A DNA stretch of 64,000 bases from a bacterium (GCA_043815505.1 JBDRIV010000004.1:113671-177670); one strand, 5' to 3'. Shown: positions 22,930 through 33,814, counted from the first letter of the stretch. The notes: generated from the letters alone by a model not told the origin. A program made the numbers and translations.

Positions 22930-24708
22930 TTAGTCTATTACGACGCCGTCATCAGTGGCATAAATATCATCAGCTAAATCGGTATCAACAAGTCCTGAAG
23001 GATCAGACAAAGAATCGTCAGTAGCATCGTCAGTAGCTGTAAAAGTTGAACCATTTAATAATGTTACCAGTGAACCAGCTTCATTTGGTGTAATGCTTAA
23101 GGTAAAAGTTCCTTCCATTTCTCTAATGACTGATGAGCTGTTTTTCAGTATCCCTATGTCCCAAGTAATTTGTCTGGTGGCTGCTTCGTAAGTTATGGTT
23201 CCTTGTTCGGCTGTAGTGGTGCCAACAAATTTTACACCCGCTGGCAAAATGGTTGTAACTTTAGCATTATTTAATTTATCAACACCACTTGAGACAAACC
23301 AATAAATCCGATAAGTTGTAGTTTTACCAACTTTGGGCGGAATGGGACCAGTTCCAAGTTGAATTCCTTCATAATCGTAGTAGTGACCTTCGGTAACAAG
23401 AGAAATGCTTCCAGCAATGCTGACGGTAATGGTATCACTTTCTGAAGTAATGGTTGCTTCTCCATCCTGCACAGTTCCAGCTGAAACCCGAGCTTTGCCT
23501 AATAGTTGTAAACCATTTGTTGCTGAAGGCAAAGTATCTTTTAAATTAATTTTGAAACTCAAAGTTTCTTCAGCATTCGGTTCAATGGTAGCAATTTCTG
23601 AAAATGTAACTTTGTTGTCAACCAAGGTTCCTGGTTCTGAAACAAAAGTGGTGGCATCATATAAATCGGAACGATTAAATTCTTCCGTTATTTCCACATT
23701 CTGCAAAGTCACATCACCTTCATTTTTATATGTAATTTTATATTCCAACTCGTCGCCTGCAGACACGTTGGCAGAATCGCCGTCGTTAACAGTTTGCGTC
23801 AAAGTTAAGGCTGGTTTTACAATGGTAACAGAAAATTCTTCGGCTGCTTGCACGACATAATTACCGTCAGCTTGCTTAACTTCCAAAGTGGCTACAAATT
23901 TTTGGACATCGCCTTCGTCGCCAGTTAAATCACCGCTTACTGCAATGGTTGAACTTTCATCGGAATTAAGTTTAGCAATATCAAAAATATTGTTCTCTAA
24001 ACTAGCATTTGGTTCTGAAGAAGTGTAAGTGAAATTTTCTGGATAGGAAAATCTTAATCTAATATCATCTAGTTCTTCTTCTAAATCATTTGTTAAAGCC
24101 ACTGAAAAACTTAATGAACTGCCGGAAGGAGAATTTTCTGGTGTGGTAATTTCCATAGTTAAAGCCGACTGACTAATAGCAGTGGAAATTTCTGTTTCAG
24201 TTGTAAAAGAAGAACTTAAATTACCAGGCAAATAGGACATGGTAACTTTTATATTTTGCCGATCATTCACTTCACCAAAAAGTTTCCCTGAAATTTCAAT
24301 ACTACCAGATTGCAATGGACGCAATTCTTCAATCTGCCATAGTGAATTGCTTTCTTTAGCTTCTGGTGAAGTGGCGCTTACTTCAAATCCAGCTGGATAC
24401 TGAACCTGAATTTCCACATTATTTAAAGCCACCCCTTCATTATTTAAATATTTGACTGTATATGTTGTATCTTTGCCAGAAGCAATTTGCGACGGACCAT
24501 CAATGCTCAAAATTACATTTTCGCTGGAAAAATTAGGATTGAGGTTTTGCACAGTTAAATAAATTCCCACGCCAATCAAAATTAAAACTACTACCACCGC
24601 CATAATAATTTTAGCTTTTCTTTTGTTGTCCATTTTAGGCTTGGCTTTTTTGCTAGAACCAGAGCTTTTATAAGGAATATTTGATTTTCTGGTATATTGT
24701 TTGGGCAT
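22930..24708 (-). CDS. membrane-anchored surface protein with DUF11/Ig-like repeats
   Basis: Basic N-tail, one TM helix, repeated Y-x-I-x-Y-x-N-x-G segments. Confidence 0.75.
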   Translation of the reverse strand: MPKQYTRKSNIPYKSSGSSKKAKPKMDNKRKAKIIMAVVVVLILIGVGIYLTVQNLNPNFSSENVILSIDGPSQIASGKDTTYTVKYLNNEGVALNNVEIQVQYPAGFEVSATSPEAKESNSLWQIEELRPLQSGSIEISGKLFGEVNDRQNIKVTMSYLPGNLSSSFTTETEISTAISQSALTMEITTPENSPSGSSLSFSVALTNDLEEELDDIRLRFSYPENFTYTSSEPNASLENNIFDIAKLNSDESSTIAVSGDLTGDEGDVQKFVATLEVKQADGNYVVQAAEEFSVTIVKPALTLTQTVNDGDSANVSAGDELEYKITYKNEGDVTLQNVEITEEFNRSDLYDATTFVSEPGTLVDNKVTFSEIATIEPNAEETLSFKINLKDTLPSATNGLQLLGKARVSAGTVQDGEATITSESDTITVSIAGSISLVTEGHYYDYEGIQLGTGPIPPKVGKTTTYRIYWFVSSGVDKLNNAKVTTILPAGVKFVGTTTAEQGTITYEAATRQITWDIGILKNSSSVIREMEGTFTLSITPNEAGSLVTLLNGSTFTATDDATDDSLSDPSGLVDTDLADDIYATDDGVVID

Positions 24709-24747
24709 ATTTATTTATGAAAATTCTTAATTAATATCTTACCTTGT

Positions 24748-25518
24748 TTAAGCGCTTTTTTCAAGCGCCTTAATGTGACGAACAAAGTCTTTGCTAGGCA
24801 AATGGCGATCTAATATGGCTTTTATAAAATCACTTAAAATATCTTCCAAATTTTGCCAAGCTTGGTCTTCAGGAGAAATTTTGGCCACAGTGGCCAATTC
24901 ATTTTTTGTTATCAATCGCAAAAGTTTGATGGCGCCATCAGAAATTGCCACCGCTTCATCTCTTTTCGAAGCACAACCTGAACAAACCACGCCACCAAGC
25001 AAATCCGAAAAACCATTTCTTTGAGGTTTTAAAGCGCGCCCGCAACGCACACATTTATCAGCTACTGGGGCGTGACCTGTAATAGTTAGAAGTTTAATTT
25101 CAAAAGCGCGCAAAATAATATGCCTATTTTTTGATTGCGCATTTTCATTTAACCATTCTAAAGTATTTTTTAGCAGTGTAAATATTCTAGTATCGTTGTG
25201 GCCTTCTGGTGTCATCAAATCAACCATTTCTAAAACACTTCCCAGCTGACTATAAATTTCTAAGTCGTTGCGCAAATGTTTGTAAGCTTCAATATTTTCA
25301 GCTGAAGTTATCACATCAAGATTTTTGCCATTGGCAATAATTAAATCGGTCAGCATGAATAATTCTAGATGTCCGGAACGACGACTCTTTGCCTTGCGAA
25401 TACCTTTGGCAATAGCGCGCAGTTTTCCCTGATGACGAGTATAGAAAGTAATAATCTGGTCGGCTTCAAATATATTGTTTTTTCGAAGAATTATTCCTTC
25501 GGTTTTATATGTTGGCAC
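24748..25518 (-). CDS. recO: DNA repair protein RecO
   Basis: EGIILR, EAD, AKGIRK, CxxC...CxxC zinc finger. Confidence 0.93.
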   Translation of the reverse strand: MPTYKTEGIILRKNNIFEADQIITFYTRHQGKLRAIAKGIRKAKSRRSGHLELFMLTDLIIANGKNLDVITSAENIEAYKHLRNDLEIYSQLGSVLEMVDLMTPEGHNDTRIFTLLKNTLEWLNENAQSKNRHIILRAFEIKLLTITGHAPVADKCVRCGRALKPQRNGFSDLLGGVVCSGCASKRDEAVAISDGAIKLLRLITKNELATVAKISPEDQAWQNLEDILSDFIKAILDRHLPSKDFVRHIKALEKSA

Positions 25519-25751
25519 AAATTAGATTAAAGATAAAAGAGCAAGGAGAAAAATAACTAGTACTTATATTCTAACAGATTTTATCGCATTTTACTTAAAA
25601 AGGAAACTCTTGCTTAAAACCCCCTTAGGACTTTTCTATAGAATAGTCCTATTTTAAATTTTGCTTGACTATTTTTACAAATAGCTCATTATTAACTGAA
25701 ATGATCTTTATGAATTGAAACGTTCATTTGTTTAACATCAGGAGGCACACC

Positions 25752-26261
25752 ATGAAATACTGGCTATTGTCTTTGCTTCTGCTGCTGACAACTGTGAGTT
25801 GTCTGGCGCAAAATTCTCCCCTCTCCAATCTGGTTTATCCAGAAATTCGGGAGGAATTTAGAAATTTGGTTGAGGCTCGTGATGAAAATGTTATAGATCT
25901 GATTCTAACTCACTGTTATAACACCAAATTTCCCTGTTGTGTGGGATCAAGTTATAAGGAGTTGCGAGAAGCATTTCCTTATGCCAACGAAAATTCAGTC
26001 CACTTTATGGTAGAAGTTTGTGAACGCCTGACGGAAATTGAGAACTACTATCAGTGGTCAGAATTTCTGGCTAAGTTCTGGCAACACAATCCTAACTATC
26101 TTAATCTCAGATTTTTAAAGTCTAAATGTCGTAGTAACGTTAATGAAAATTGGATAATTCGCAGTGTTCTTATCGGTTCAATTTTCATTTTGATGGCAGA
26201 CAATCCGGAAATTACTATTCCTGATGAAGTACTGAATTTCTTCCAAATCGCCCGGGAATGA
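25752..26261 (+). CDS. hypothetical secreted protein; start 25752
   Basis: AGGAGG SD then MKYWLLSLLLLL signal peptide. Confidence 0.7.
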   Translation: MKYWLLSLLLLLTTVSCLAQNSPLSNLVYPEIREEFRNLVEARDENVIDLILTHCYNTKFPCCVGSSYKELREAFPYANENSVHFMVEVCERLTEIENYYQWSEFLAKFWQHNPNYLNLRFLKSKCRSNVNENWIIRSVLIGSIFILMADNPEITIPDEVLNFFQIARE

Positions 26262-26287
26262 GCAATCATTCCCTTTCTTTTTGCCTT

Positions 26288-26384
26288 CCCAGTAGTACAA
26301 TTAAATGATTCTTGTGTTTTATATTTTCTTATCTAATTTGCTAAAAAAGTTAGACTTTTCTATGTTCTACATTGTACTACTGGG
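26288..26384. repeat. TIR element E3
   Basis: cccagtagtacaat ... attgtactactggg, 97 bp, flanked by ctt/ctt. Confidence 0.8.
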
Positions 26385-26423
26385 CTTATTTAAGCTATTT
26401 TATGTTTTATGTTTGCTAGAAGC

Positions 26424-26452
26424 TTGACAATTTTATGTTTTGGTAGTATAAT
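26424..26452 (+). promoter_or_regulatory. consensus sigma70 promoter TTGACA-N17-TATAAT
   Basis: Perfect hexamers and spacing. Confidence 0.8.
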
Positions 26453-26536
26453 ATAGCTCAAATAAAAATAAAGAAAGTTCTCTAACCCCCGCTTTCCGTA
26501 TTCTGGAAAAACAACTTAAAAAAGGGAGGACGGAAA

Positions 26537-26860
26537 GTGACAAAAAGAGACGTTTTGGTGGTGATGGCAATGTTACTCTGCATGACCGCGGGAAACATTG
26601 CAGGATTATTCCTCGCAAATGAGAACCCAATCCAGCAGATCTGGGAAGGTCCCGACGGGAACTTCAAGCTCCTGTTGGTTCTGTTCCCCTTCATCGTCAT
26701 CACCTTCTGCGTTCTCTGCATCCGCGAGGTGCGGAGAACCAGAAACAAACAGTGGGTGACACTGTATACCGTTTTGGCTATCGCCGGCATGGCAGCGGCC
26801 ATCGGAGTTGGGATTTGGAGTAGTAAGTGCTTCATCGCACTTATGGCTCCATCCTGCTAA
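26537..26860 (+). CDS. GC-rich 3-TM hypothetical protein
   Basis: GGAGG SD, GTG start, own promoter and terminator. Confidence 0.75.
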   Translation: MTKRDVLVVMAMLLCMTAGNIAGLFLANENPIQQIWEGPDGNFKLLLVLFPFIVITFCVLCIREVRRTRNKQWVTLYTVLAIAGMAAAIGVGIWSSKCFIALMAPSC

Positions 26861-26867
26861 CCCCCTC

Positions 26868-26913
26868 AACCCGCTCGTAGCAACCTTAATTGGAAGCTGC
26901 AGCGGGTTTTTTT
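26868..26913 (+). terminator. intrinsic terminator
   Basis: aacccgct...agcgggtt followed by T-run. Confidence 0.7.
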
Positions 26914-26987
26914 TGACAAAAATAGTATTTTTCGCTTTACTGCAAATATAAACAAGTGATCTTTTTACAAACTACATAAGGAGAATA

Positions 26988-27263
26988 TTGATGACCACAA
27001 AAGAATTTTTCAGAAGTTGGAGATTTCTCGTCTACTTGATATTATTGGTTCCGCTTTTTCTATCTGGATGGTGGACTGGTCATCTCATGCAAATGGGTGA
27101 AAATTCCACAAACTCTCCGGTCATTGGGATGGTCCTTATCAGTATTTTGTTCGTACTTTCAATCTTTACTTACATTGAAAAGGTAAGTGAGGGATTTGGA
27201 TTCTGCATTTTCTTTTTCTCACTTCTTGTCGTGGCTGGTAGCATGATCCTGTCATGTTATTAA
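26988..27263 (+). CDS. 3-TM hypothetical protein
   Basis: AGGAG SD, TTGACA upstream at 26912, hairpin downstream. Confidence 0.7.
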   Translation: MMTTKEFFRSWRFLVYLILLVPLFLSGWWTGHLMQMGENSTNSPVIGMVLISILFVLSIFTYIEKVSEGFGFCIFFFSLLVVAGSMILSCY

Positions 27264-27327
27264 GCAAATCAAAAAGACCTCGGGATTTAGTTTTACTAAA
27301 TTCTCAAGGTCTTTTAAATTTGTAAAA

Positions 27328-30300
27328 CTATTTTGCTAGGGCAAGTAGAATTCTCTCGCCTTCTATTTCCAGTTCTTTTTCAATTTTAAATTCACTTTTT
27401 TTGTGAATAATATTTTCTGCCAGCACTTCTTTTTTTATTGTGTCAGAATATTTTTCTAAAACCTTTTTTAAATCTTTAGAATCTGTTTCAGCAAACAAGG
27501 TAATTCTATCTTCCACATTAAATCCCGCTTCTTTACGTAATTCCTGAACAAAGCGCACCAAATCGCGCATCATGCCTTCAAGTTTCAAATCTTTATCTAT
27601 TTCTATGTTTAAGAATAATACTTTGTCTTTTTCTGCAACAACAATATATTGAGAATTGAAAACAATTTCACTTTCTTTTTTTGGCACATAATCAATCCTA
27701 TATTCGTTATCCTCTAAGATATAATTTCCTATTTTTAGTTTTAATCCATCGTCAGTGGTAACAAAAGAGAATTTTTTTGAACCTTTTTCAATTTCTTTAA
27801 GTTTTTCTTTGTATTTTTTACCTAAAACAGAGTAATTTAAATTTATTTTTGCTTCTGTTAGATCATCAAAATCGCCTCTATTAATAATTTCATATTCTTT
27901 CACATTTAGTTCTTCACAAATTGCTTTAACTAAATCTATATCATTTATTAATTTGCTATTAAAATTAAAGACTCGAATTCCTTTTAATGGTTGACGAACT
28001 TTAATTTGAGCTTGATCGCGAGCGGTATGACCAAGACTTACCATAGTTAGAACATCTTGCATTTGTTCGTTTAATTCAGTATCAATTAATTTTTTATAAC
28101 TTTTAGGGAAATCACAATAATGAACTGACTCTGGAGCTTTTGTGTCAACTGCTCGCACCAAATTCTGATACATCTCCTCGGTCGCAAAAGGAATAATTGG
28201 AGCGAGAATTTTGATAACTGTTGTTAATACTTCATATAAAGTTTGATAAGCGGCCAATTTGTCGTTGTCAGATTCAGACTTCCAGAAACGACGACGACTC
28301 CGCCTCACATACCAAGTGGAAAGATCTGTTATAAATTTCTCCACCTTTTTCATTAACTTCGTTAAATCATATTTTTCATAATCCTTGGTAGCATCTTCTA
28401 CAAAAGCATTTAGGGCAGAAAGAATCCAGCGATCCAATTTATTTTCTTTTTTAACCTGTTTTTGCTTCGGATCAAATTTATCCAAAGCTGCATAAGTTGT
28501 GAAAAATGAATAGACATTCCAAAGGGTTAGCAATTTCTTGCGCATTTGATCAGCCAAACCGTAACCAAAACGAATATTCATAAAAGGATTTTGCGAAACA
28601 TACAACCAGCGCATGGCGTCGGCTCCCATTTTTTCCACCGCTTCATCGAACCAAATCGTATTGCCTTTACTCTTGTGCATCGACTCACCTTTTTCGTCCA
28701 TCAAAGTCGCATAAGCTAAAACTTTTTGATATGGAGTTACGCCTTCAAGAGTTACTGACATAAAAAGCGTGGCATAAAACCAAAGTTTAATTTGCGGCAC
28801 TGATTCGGAAACAAATTCAGCTGGAAACCACTTCTGCCAGTATTTTTTATCTTCCAAATATTTTAAAGTTGAGAAATAAACAATTCCCGCATCGAGCCAA
28901 CAATCCCCCACATCAGTCACGCGGGAAACAACTTCTGCACATTTTGGGCATTTAATTTTTATTTCGTCAATCCACGGTCGGTGTAATTCTGGAAGTTTAT
29001 CAACCCTTTCCGGTTCCACAGCCAGCTTTTTTAATTCTTCTTTGGAACCAACAACCATAAATTCACCACATGTACATTCATAAAATGGTAAAGCTAATCC
29101 CCAAAATCTCTTGCGAGAAATCGGCCAGTCGCCCATATTATCCAACCAATCCTGCATGCGCTTCCCTGCCGATTCTGGCATCCAATCAACTTTGCCTGCT
29201 TCTTTTTTCATCAGTGGACGAATTTGTTCCACATCAATAAACCATTCACTGGTGATACGGAAAACTAATTCTTCTTTACAACGCCAACAAATTGGATAAC
29301 GATGTCTAGTATTAGTAATGCGAAAAACGAATTTTTTCTCTTTCAAATCTTTAAAAATTTCGTCGGCGGCGTTCGCTGCCACTTGGCCGGTAAAATCACC
29401 GAAGCCGTCAATGTAAACACCAAACTCATCTAGCGGAGCAATAACTTTTAGCTTGTGGATTTTTCCCAATTCATGATCTTCCTCACCACAACCCGGGGCA
29501 ATATGAACAATGCCAGTTCCTTCTTCTTCGCCAACTTCTTCCCAAGGAATTACGATTCGTTCAGAATTTTTTTGCGCTGGCAATTCATCAAACGGCCCCT
29601 GGTATTTCAGACCTACTAAATCTTTTCCTTTTATTTCTTCAATTACTTCACCGTCTTTAATTAAATCTTTAGTTCCTTCAGATAAAATATATATATTTTT
29701 ACCACTTTTTACTTTGACATATTTTAGATCGGGATGAACTGCAATAGCCACATTGGCCAGCAATGTCCATGGAGTTGTTGTCCAAACGAGAAAATTTTCG
29801 TTATTTTTTCCTTGAAGCGGCATAGCCACATAAACTGAACGATGTTCCAATTCTTTATAACCTTCGTCGGAAAGTTCGTGGGCAGAAATGGCTGTACCAC
29901 AACGCGTACACCATGGCATTGAATCTGTTCCTTTTTTCAACCAACCTTTGGCCTGACATTTTTTCAAGAAATACCAAATATATTCATTATTGGTCTCAGA
30001 CATTGTGTAATAAGAATTCTCCCAATCCATCCATTGTCCGAGGCGAATTGACTGGTCAGTTTGAACCTTAGAAAATTTTTCTACGCGCGCCCGACAAGCT
30101 TTAGAGAATTTGTCCAAACCAAATTTTTCAATGTCTTTTTTGGAATTAAATCCTAAATCTTTTTCTACCTCTACTTCCACCCACAAGCCTTGGCAATCAA
30201 ATCCATTTTGATAACGCTGATCAAATCCCTGCATGGCTTTATAGCGCTGAAAAGCATCTTTAATGGCTCGCCCCCAAGCATGGTGCACACCCATGGGATT

Positions 30301-30453
30301 ATTGGCAGTTATGGGACCATCAATAAAAGACCAGGGTTCTTTGCCCTCGTTTTTCTTTTGTAATTTGACAAAGGAATTATTCTCTTGCCAAAACTGCAAA
30401 ATCTTTTCTTCCAGCTTGGGAAAGTCAACTTTGGGATCTACTTTTTTGAACAT
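27328..30453 (-). CDS. ileS: isoleucine--tRNA ligase, type 2-like, GVHH signature
   Basis: DGPITAN, GVHH, WTTTPWTL, GTGIVHIAPG, SMHKS. Confidence 0.96.
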   Translation of the reverse strand: MFKKVDPKVDFPKLEEKILQFWQENNSFVKLQKKNEGKEPWSFIDGPITANNPMGVHHAWGRAIKDAFQRYKAMQGFDQRYQNGFDCQGLWVEVEVEKDLGFNSKKDIEKFGLDKFSKACRARVEKFSKVQTDQSIRLGQWMDWENSYYTMSETNNEYIWYFLKKCQAKGWLKKGTDSMPWCTRCGTAISAHELSDEGYKELEHRSVYVAMPLQGKNNENFLVWTTTPWTLLANVAIAVHPDLKYVKVKSGKNIYILSEGTKDLIKDGEVIEEIKGKDLVGLKYQGPFDELPAQKNSERIVIPWEEVGEEEGTGIVHIAPGCGEEDHELGKIHKLKVIAPLDEFGVYIDGFGDFTGQVAANAADEIFKDLKEKKFVFRITNTRHRYPICWRCKEELVFRITSEWFIDVEQIRPLMKKEAGKVDWMPESAGKRMQDWLDNMGDWPISRKRFWGLALPFYECTCGEFMVVGSKEELKKLAVEPERVDKLPELHRPWIDEIKIKCPKCAEVVSRVTDVGDCWLDAGIVYFSTLKYLEDKKYWQKWFPAEFVSESVPQIKLWFYATLFMSVTLEGVTPYQKVLAYATLMDEKGESMHKSKGNTIWFDEAVEKMGADAMRWLYVSQNPFMNIRFGYGLADQMRKKLLTLWNVYSFFTTYAALDKFDPKQKQVKKENKLDRWILSALNAFVEDATKDYEKYDLTKLMKKVEKFITDLSTWYVRRSRRRFWKSESDNDKLAAYQTLYEVLTTVIKILAPIIPFATEEMYQNLVRAVDTKAPESVHYCDFPKSYKKLIDTELNEQMQDVLTMVSLGHTARDQAQIKVRQPLKGIRVFNFNSKLINDIDLVKAICEELNVKEYEIINRGDFDDLTEAKINLNYSVLGKKYKEKLKEIEKGSKKFSFVTTDDGLKLKIGNYILEDNEYRIDYVPKKESEIVFNSQYIVVAEKDKVLFLNIEIDKDLKLEGMMRDLVRFVQELRKEAGFNVEDRITLFAETDSKDLKKVLEKYSDTIKKEVLAENIIHKKSEFKIEKELEIEGERILLALAK

Positions 30454-30501
30454 TAAAATCTTTGTTAGTCGTTAAAATTCTAAACTTATAAAGCGCTTTT
30501 G

Positions 30502-30672
30502 TCAAAGGCTGGTTCTGTTTGTAGAATAAAAATTGGTTTCAAAATTTTGTGGAATGGTAGCAATGGAATCGGCCAGCGTCCAAACATAAATTCCGAAGCC
30601 CAAACAAAACAAAGCAATTGAAATTAGAATAACGATAGTTGTAGTTTTCGAAAAAACGAAATTTAATCTCAT
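30502..30672 (-). CDS. 56-aa single-TM protein
   Basis: ATGA overlap with upstream GT stop; MRLNFVFSKTTTIVILISIALFCLGFGIYVW. Confidence 0.55.
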   Translation of the reverse strand: MRLNFVFSKTTTIVILISIALFCLGFGIYVWTLADSIATIPQNFETNFYSTNRTSL

Positions 30673-31775
30673 GTTTCTTTAACACTTTTATAAACTTCTA
30701 AAGTTTCTCTGGCACATTTTTCCCAGGAAAATTTTTCTAACTGCTTTTTGCCTTTTTCAACTAACTCGGCTCGCAATTCTTTGTTGGTATAAATATTGCG
30801 CATAGCCAGAGCAATCGACTTGTAATCTTCGGGGTCAGTTAGAATAGCGGCGTCCCCCGCCACCTCAGGAATGGAAGTAGTATTAGAAGTTATTACTGGC
30901 GTGCCTTCACGCATAGCCTCCAAAATTGGCAAACCAAAACCTTCATGTAAAGATGGGAAAACAAACATAGTTGAATTTTGTAGCAGAATTCTTTTTTCAA
31001 TTTCTGAAACATACCCGAGCTGTAAAACTTTTGGGTTGGCTTTGATGGCGGTGGAAATTTCTTCTGTGCGCCAGCCCATATTTCCTGCTAGAGCTAATTT
31101 TAGTTCGGGAAAACTCCCTGACAAAGACTCAAAGGCTTCTATTAAAGTAATTATGTTTTTACGCGGTTCAATAGTGCCAATAAACAAAATGTAAGGTTCT
31201 GTTAATTTGTATTTCTGCAGAGTTTCTGAAGCTTGAGGAAGTTTAATGGGTGTTTGATCGACGCCATTATAAACAACTTTTATTTTATCCGGTGCAATCG
31301 GTAGCAGTTTTGTAATATGATTCTTAGTGTGATTGGAAACGGTAATAATCTTGGCAGCTTTGCGCAAACTTTTTGGTACCACAATATTTGTAGAAAATCC
31401 CTGACCTTTAGGAAACCATTCGGGATGATCATAAATCGCCATGTCGTGAATCGTTAGAACCGAAACACCTCCATAAAAAAGTGGGATGAAAGAAGCGGGT
31501 GAATGAAAAACCTCAACCTTGGCTCCCTTTATTGTTTCGGCATCAAAAACGTGCGAGGAAAAAAGTGGTAAACTTTTTTTAGCAAATTTCACTATTTCTC
31601 CGCCTTTCTTAACAAATTCTGGAACTTCTTGATCAGCTCCTATAAAAAACACTAGTTCATCTTTTTGCCCAAGCGGAATTAAATTCTTTAACAAATGATA
31701 AGTATAGTGCCCCACTCCGGCACCTTCACCTGCTTTAGAATCTAAAATTGTCCTAATGTCTATTCCGATTCTCAC
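30669..31775 (-). CDS. GT4 family glycosyltransferase
   Basis: TIHD, GTIEPRKN, PSLHEGFGLPILEAM. Confidence 0.93.
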   Translation of the reverse strand: MRIGIDIRTILDSKAGEGAGVGHYTYHLLKNLIPLGQKDELVFFIGADQEVPEFVKKGGEIVKFAKKSLPLFSSHVFDAETIKGAKVEVFHSPASFIPLFYGGVSVLTIHDMAIYDHPEWFPKGQGFSTNIVVPKSLRKAAKIITVSNHTKNHITKLLPIAPDKIKVVYNGVDQTPIKLPQASETLQKYKLTEPYILFIGTIEPRKNIITLIEAFESLSGSFPELKLALAGNMGWRTEEISTAIKANPKVLQLGYVSEIEKRILLQNSTMFVFPSLHEGFGLPILEAMREGTPVITSNTTSIPEVAGDAAILTDPEDYKSIALAMRNIYTNKELRAELVEKGKKQLEKFSWEKCARETLEVYKSVKET

Positions 31776-31857
31776 AAATATAAATTAAAGCAAAAAATTA
31801 GAAATAATCAGTTATAAAAGTTTTCTTTGCATTTTATCTTTACTCTTTACTCTCTTT

Positions 31858-33570
31858 CTACATTTCCTCTACAGTTTCTATTCCCAGTAACAATAAACCA
31901 TTTTTCAAAATCTCAGCTGAAGCTTTAACAATAGCTAATTTCAATTCCTTGTTTTCGGTAGCTTTTAAAACTGGAACTTTTTGGTAATAGGAATTGATCA
32001 TTTTAGCTAAATCATACAAATAGTTAGCAATGGTATGGGGGAAATAATTTTTAGCGGCGTCCTCAACAATTTCTGGAAAACGATATAAATATCTAGCCAA
32101 GATTTCTTCTTCACTTTTTAAATCTCCGGAAACTTCTTTAATTTCGGTTTCTGCTTTTCTTAAAATACTTTGCAAACGAGCATAAGTGTATTGCAAATAT
32201 GGTCCCGTGTCGCCATCAAAACTCAACATCTTGTCCCAAACAAAAGTTACATTTTTGGTACGCGATTGTGAAAGGTCGCCATATTTAATGGCTCCCACAC
32301 CAATTTTTTTAGCAATCTCTTCTTTGTTTGGCAAATCAGGATTCTTTTCCGCAATTATTTTCTTGGCTTTTTTAATCGCTTCATCAATAAATTTTTCTAA
32401 ATCAACAACATTGCCTTCTCGGGTAGACATTTTTCCTTCTGGCAATCTCACCATACCAAAACTTACATGAACATTTTCTCCCGTTTTATCACCCAGTAAT
32501 TCTACGATCTTGAAAAGTTGATTGAAGTGATGAGTTTGGTCTGAAGCCACAACGTAAACATTTTTCTTATAATTATATATTTGCTGACGATATTTTAAAG
32601 TGGCTAGATCGCGCGTGTGATAAAGTGTGGCGCCGTCCGATTTGATTAAAATACAACGACCTAAATCATATTTTTCTAAATCAATAAAAACGGAACCGTC
32701 GGTATCAATGGCAGCAATTTTTTTCTTTAAAAGCTCATCAATGACAACCTGCATTTTATCTTTGTAAAAACTTTCGCCCAGTTTATTGTCAAAAGGAAGA
32801 ATTCCCAAAATATTATAAAGCTTTTCAAATTCTGTTAAACTAATTTCTACAAACCATTTCCACAACTGCAAATTCTCTTCGTCACCTTCTTCTAATTTTT
32901 TAAATTCCTTTTTGCCTTTTTCACGCAAATCTGGTTGATCATTTATTTTCTGCGTCATTTCCTGATAAAGTTTAGCCAGCTCTTGAACTGGATTGGCTTC
33001 AACTTTTTTCTTATTGCCATCATGTTTGTAGGCGTAAAGTAAAATTCCAAATTGCACTCCCCAGTCTCCCATGTGATTATCGGTTACAACGTCGTATCCC
33101 AAAAATTTAAAAATTCTGGTTAATGAGTCGCCAATAATGGTAGAACGCATGTGACCGACGTGCATAGGCTTAGCAACATTGGGCGAAGAATATTCAATGA
33201 TTACTTTTTTATTCTGCCCCAAGGTAGAAGCGCCATATTTATTTTTAGCTTCCAAAATATTCTGCAATTCCTTCTGCAAAATTTCTGTTGCTAAAGTTAT
33301 ATTTATAAATCCCGGACCAGCCACTGCCACTGCTTTTATTAGTTCATTTTTCTCTAGCTGCAATTGTTCAGAAATTTCTGTTGCTAAGTTCTTTGGATTT
33401 TCTTTCAATTCTTTCGCTAAAATCATGGCAATATTGGCAGCAAAATCACCATGAGCAAGATCATCTGGATGTTCTAAAATCCATTTAGGCATCTTAAAAT
33501 TTGCCTGTTTTTTGTTTGTAACAGACAATGTGGCCTTGGCAACCAATTGTTTTACCCTATCTCTAATCAT
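31858..33570 (-). CDS. argS: arginine--tRNA ligase
   Basis: EYSSPNVAKPMHVGH, KMSTREG, GPYLQYTYAR. Confidence 0.97.
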   Translation of the reverse strand: MIRDRVKQLVAKATLSVTNKKQANFKMPKWILEHPDDLAHGDFAANIAMILAKELKENPKNLATEISEQLQLEKNELIKAVAVAGPGFINITLATEILQKELQNILEAKNKYGASTLGQNKKVIIEYSSPNVAKPMHVGHMRSTIIGDSLTRIFKFLGYDVVTDNHMGDWGVQFGILLYAYKHDGNKKKVEANPVQELAKLYQEMTQKINDQPDLREKGKKEFKKLEEGDEENLQLWKWFVEISLTEFEKLYNILGILPFDNKLGESFYKDKMQVVIDELLKKKIAAIDTDGSVFIDLEKYDLGRCILIKSDGATLYHTRDLATLKYRQQIYNYKKNVYVVASDQTHHFNQLFKIVELLGDKTGENVHVSFGMVRLPEGKMSTREGNVVDLEKFIDEAIKKAKKIIAEKNPDLPNKEEIAKKIGVGAIKYGDLSQSRTKNVTFVWDKMLSFDGDTGPYLQYTYARLQSILRKAETEIKEVSGDLKSEEEILARYLYRFPEIVEDAAKNYFPHTIANYLYDLAKMINSYYQKVPVLKATENKELKLAIVKASAEILKNGLLLLGIETVEEM

Positions 33571-33587
33571 GTGATTATTATAACTTA

Positions 33588-33748
33588 AGACCTCTTGTCA
33601 AACAACCTTTCGCAACGAAATGCGGAAATTCTTTAGCGAAAATTATGAAGAGCGCGGAGCTTATGCTGTAAGCATAGGCGACAAGCTCTGAATAATTTGG
33701 AGCAAGAATTTCAAATTGCAGTAGAAAGAGTTGTTTGACAAGAGGTCT
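33588..33748 (+). repeat. ~161-bp rod-like palindrome (family H, copy 2)
   Basis: Perfect 19-bp terminal IR agacctcttgtcaaacaac/gttgtttgacaagaggtct. Confidence 0.75.
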
Positions 33749-33814
33749 CTAATTTTGGCTTTGTTAAAGGGGTTTTCTTTGCTTTCTTGCCAATTTTGCT
33801 CTAATATTAACAAT

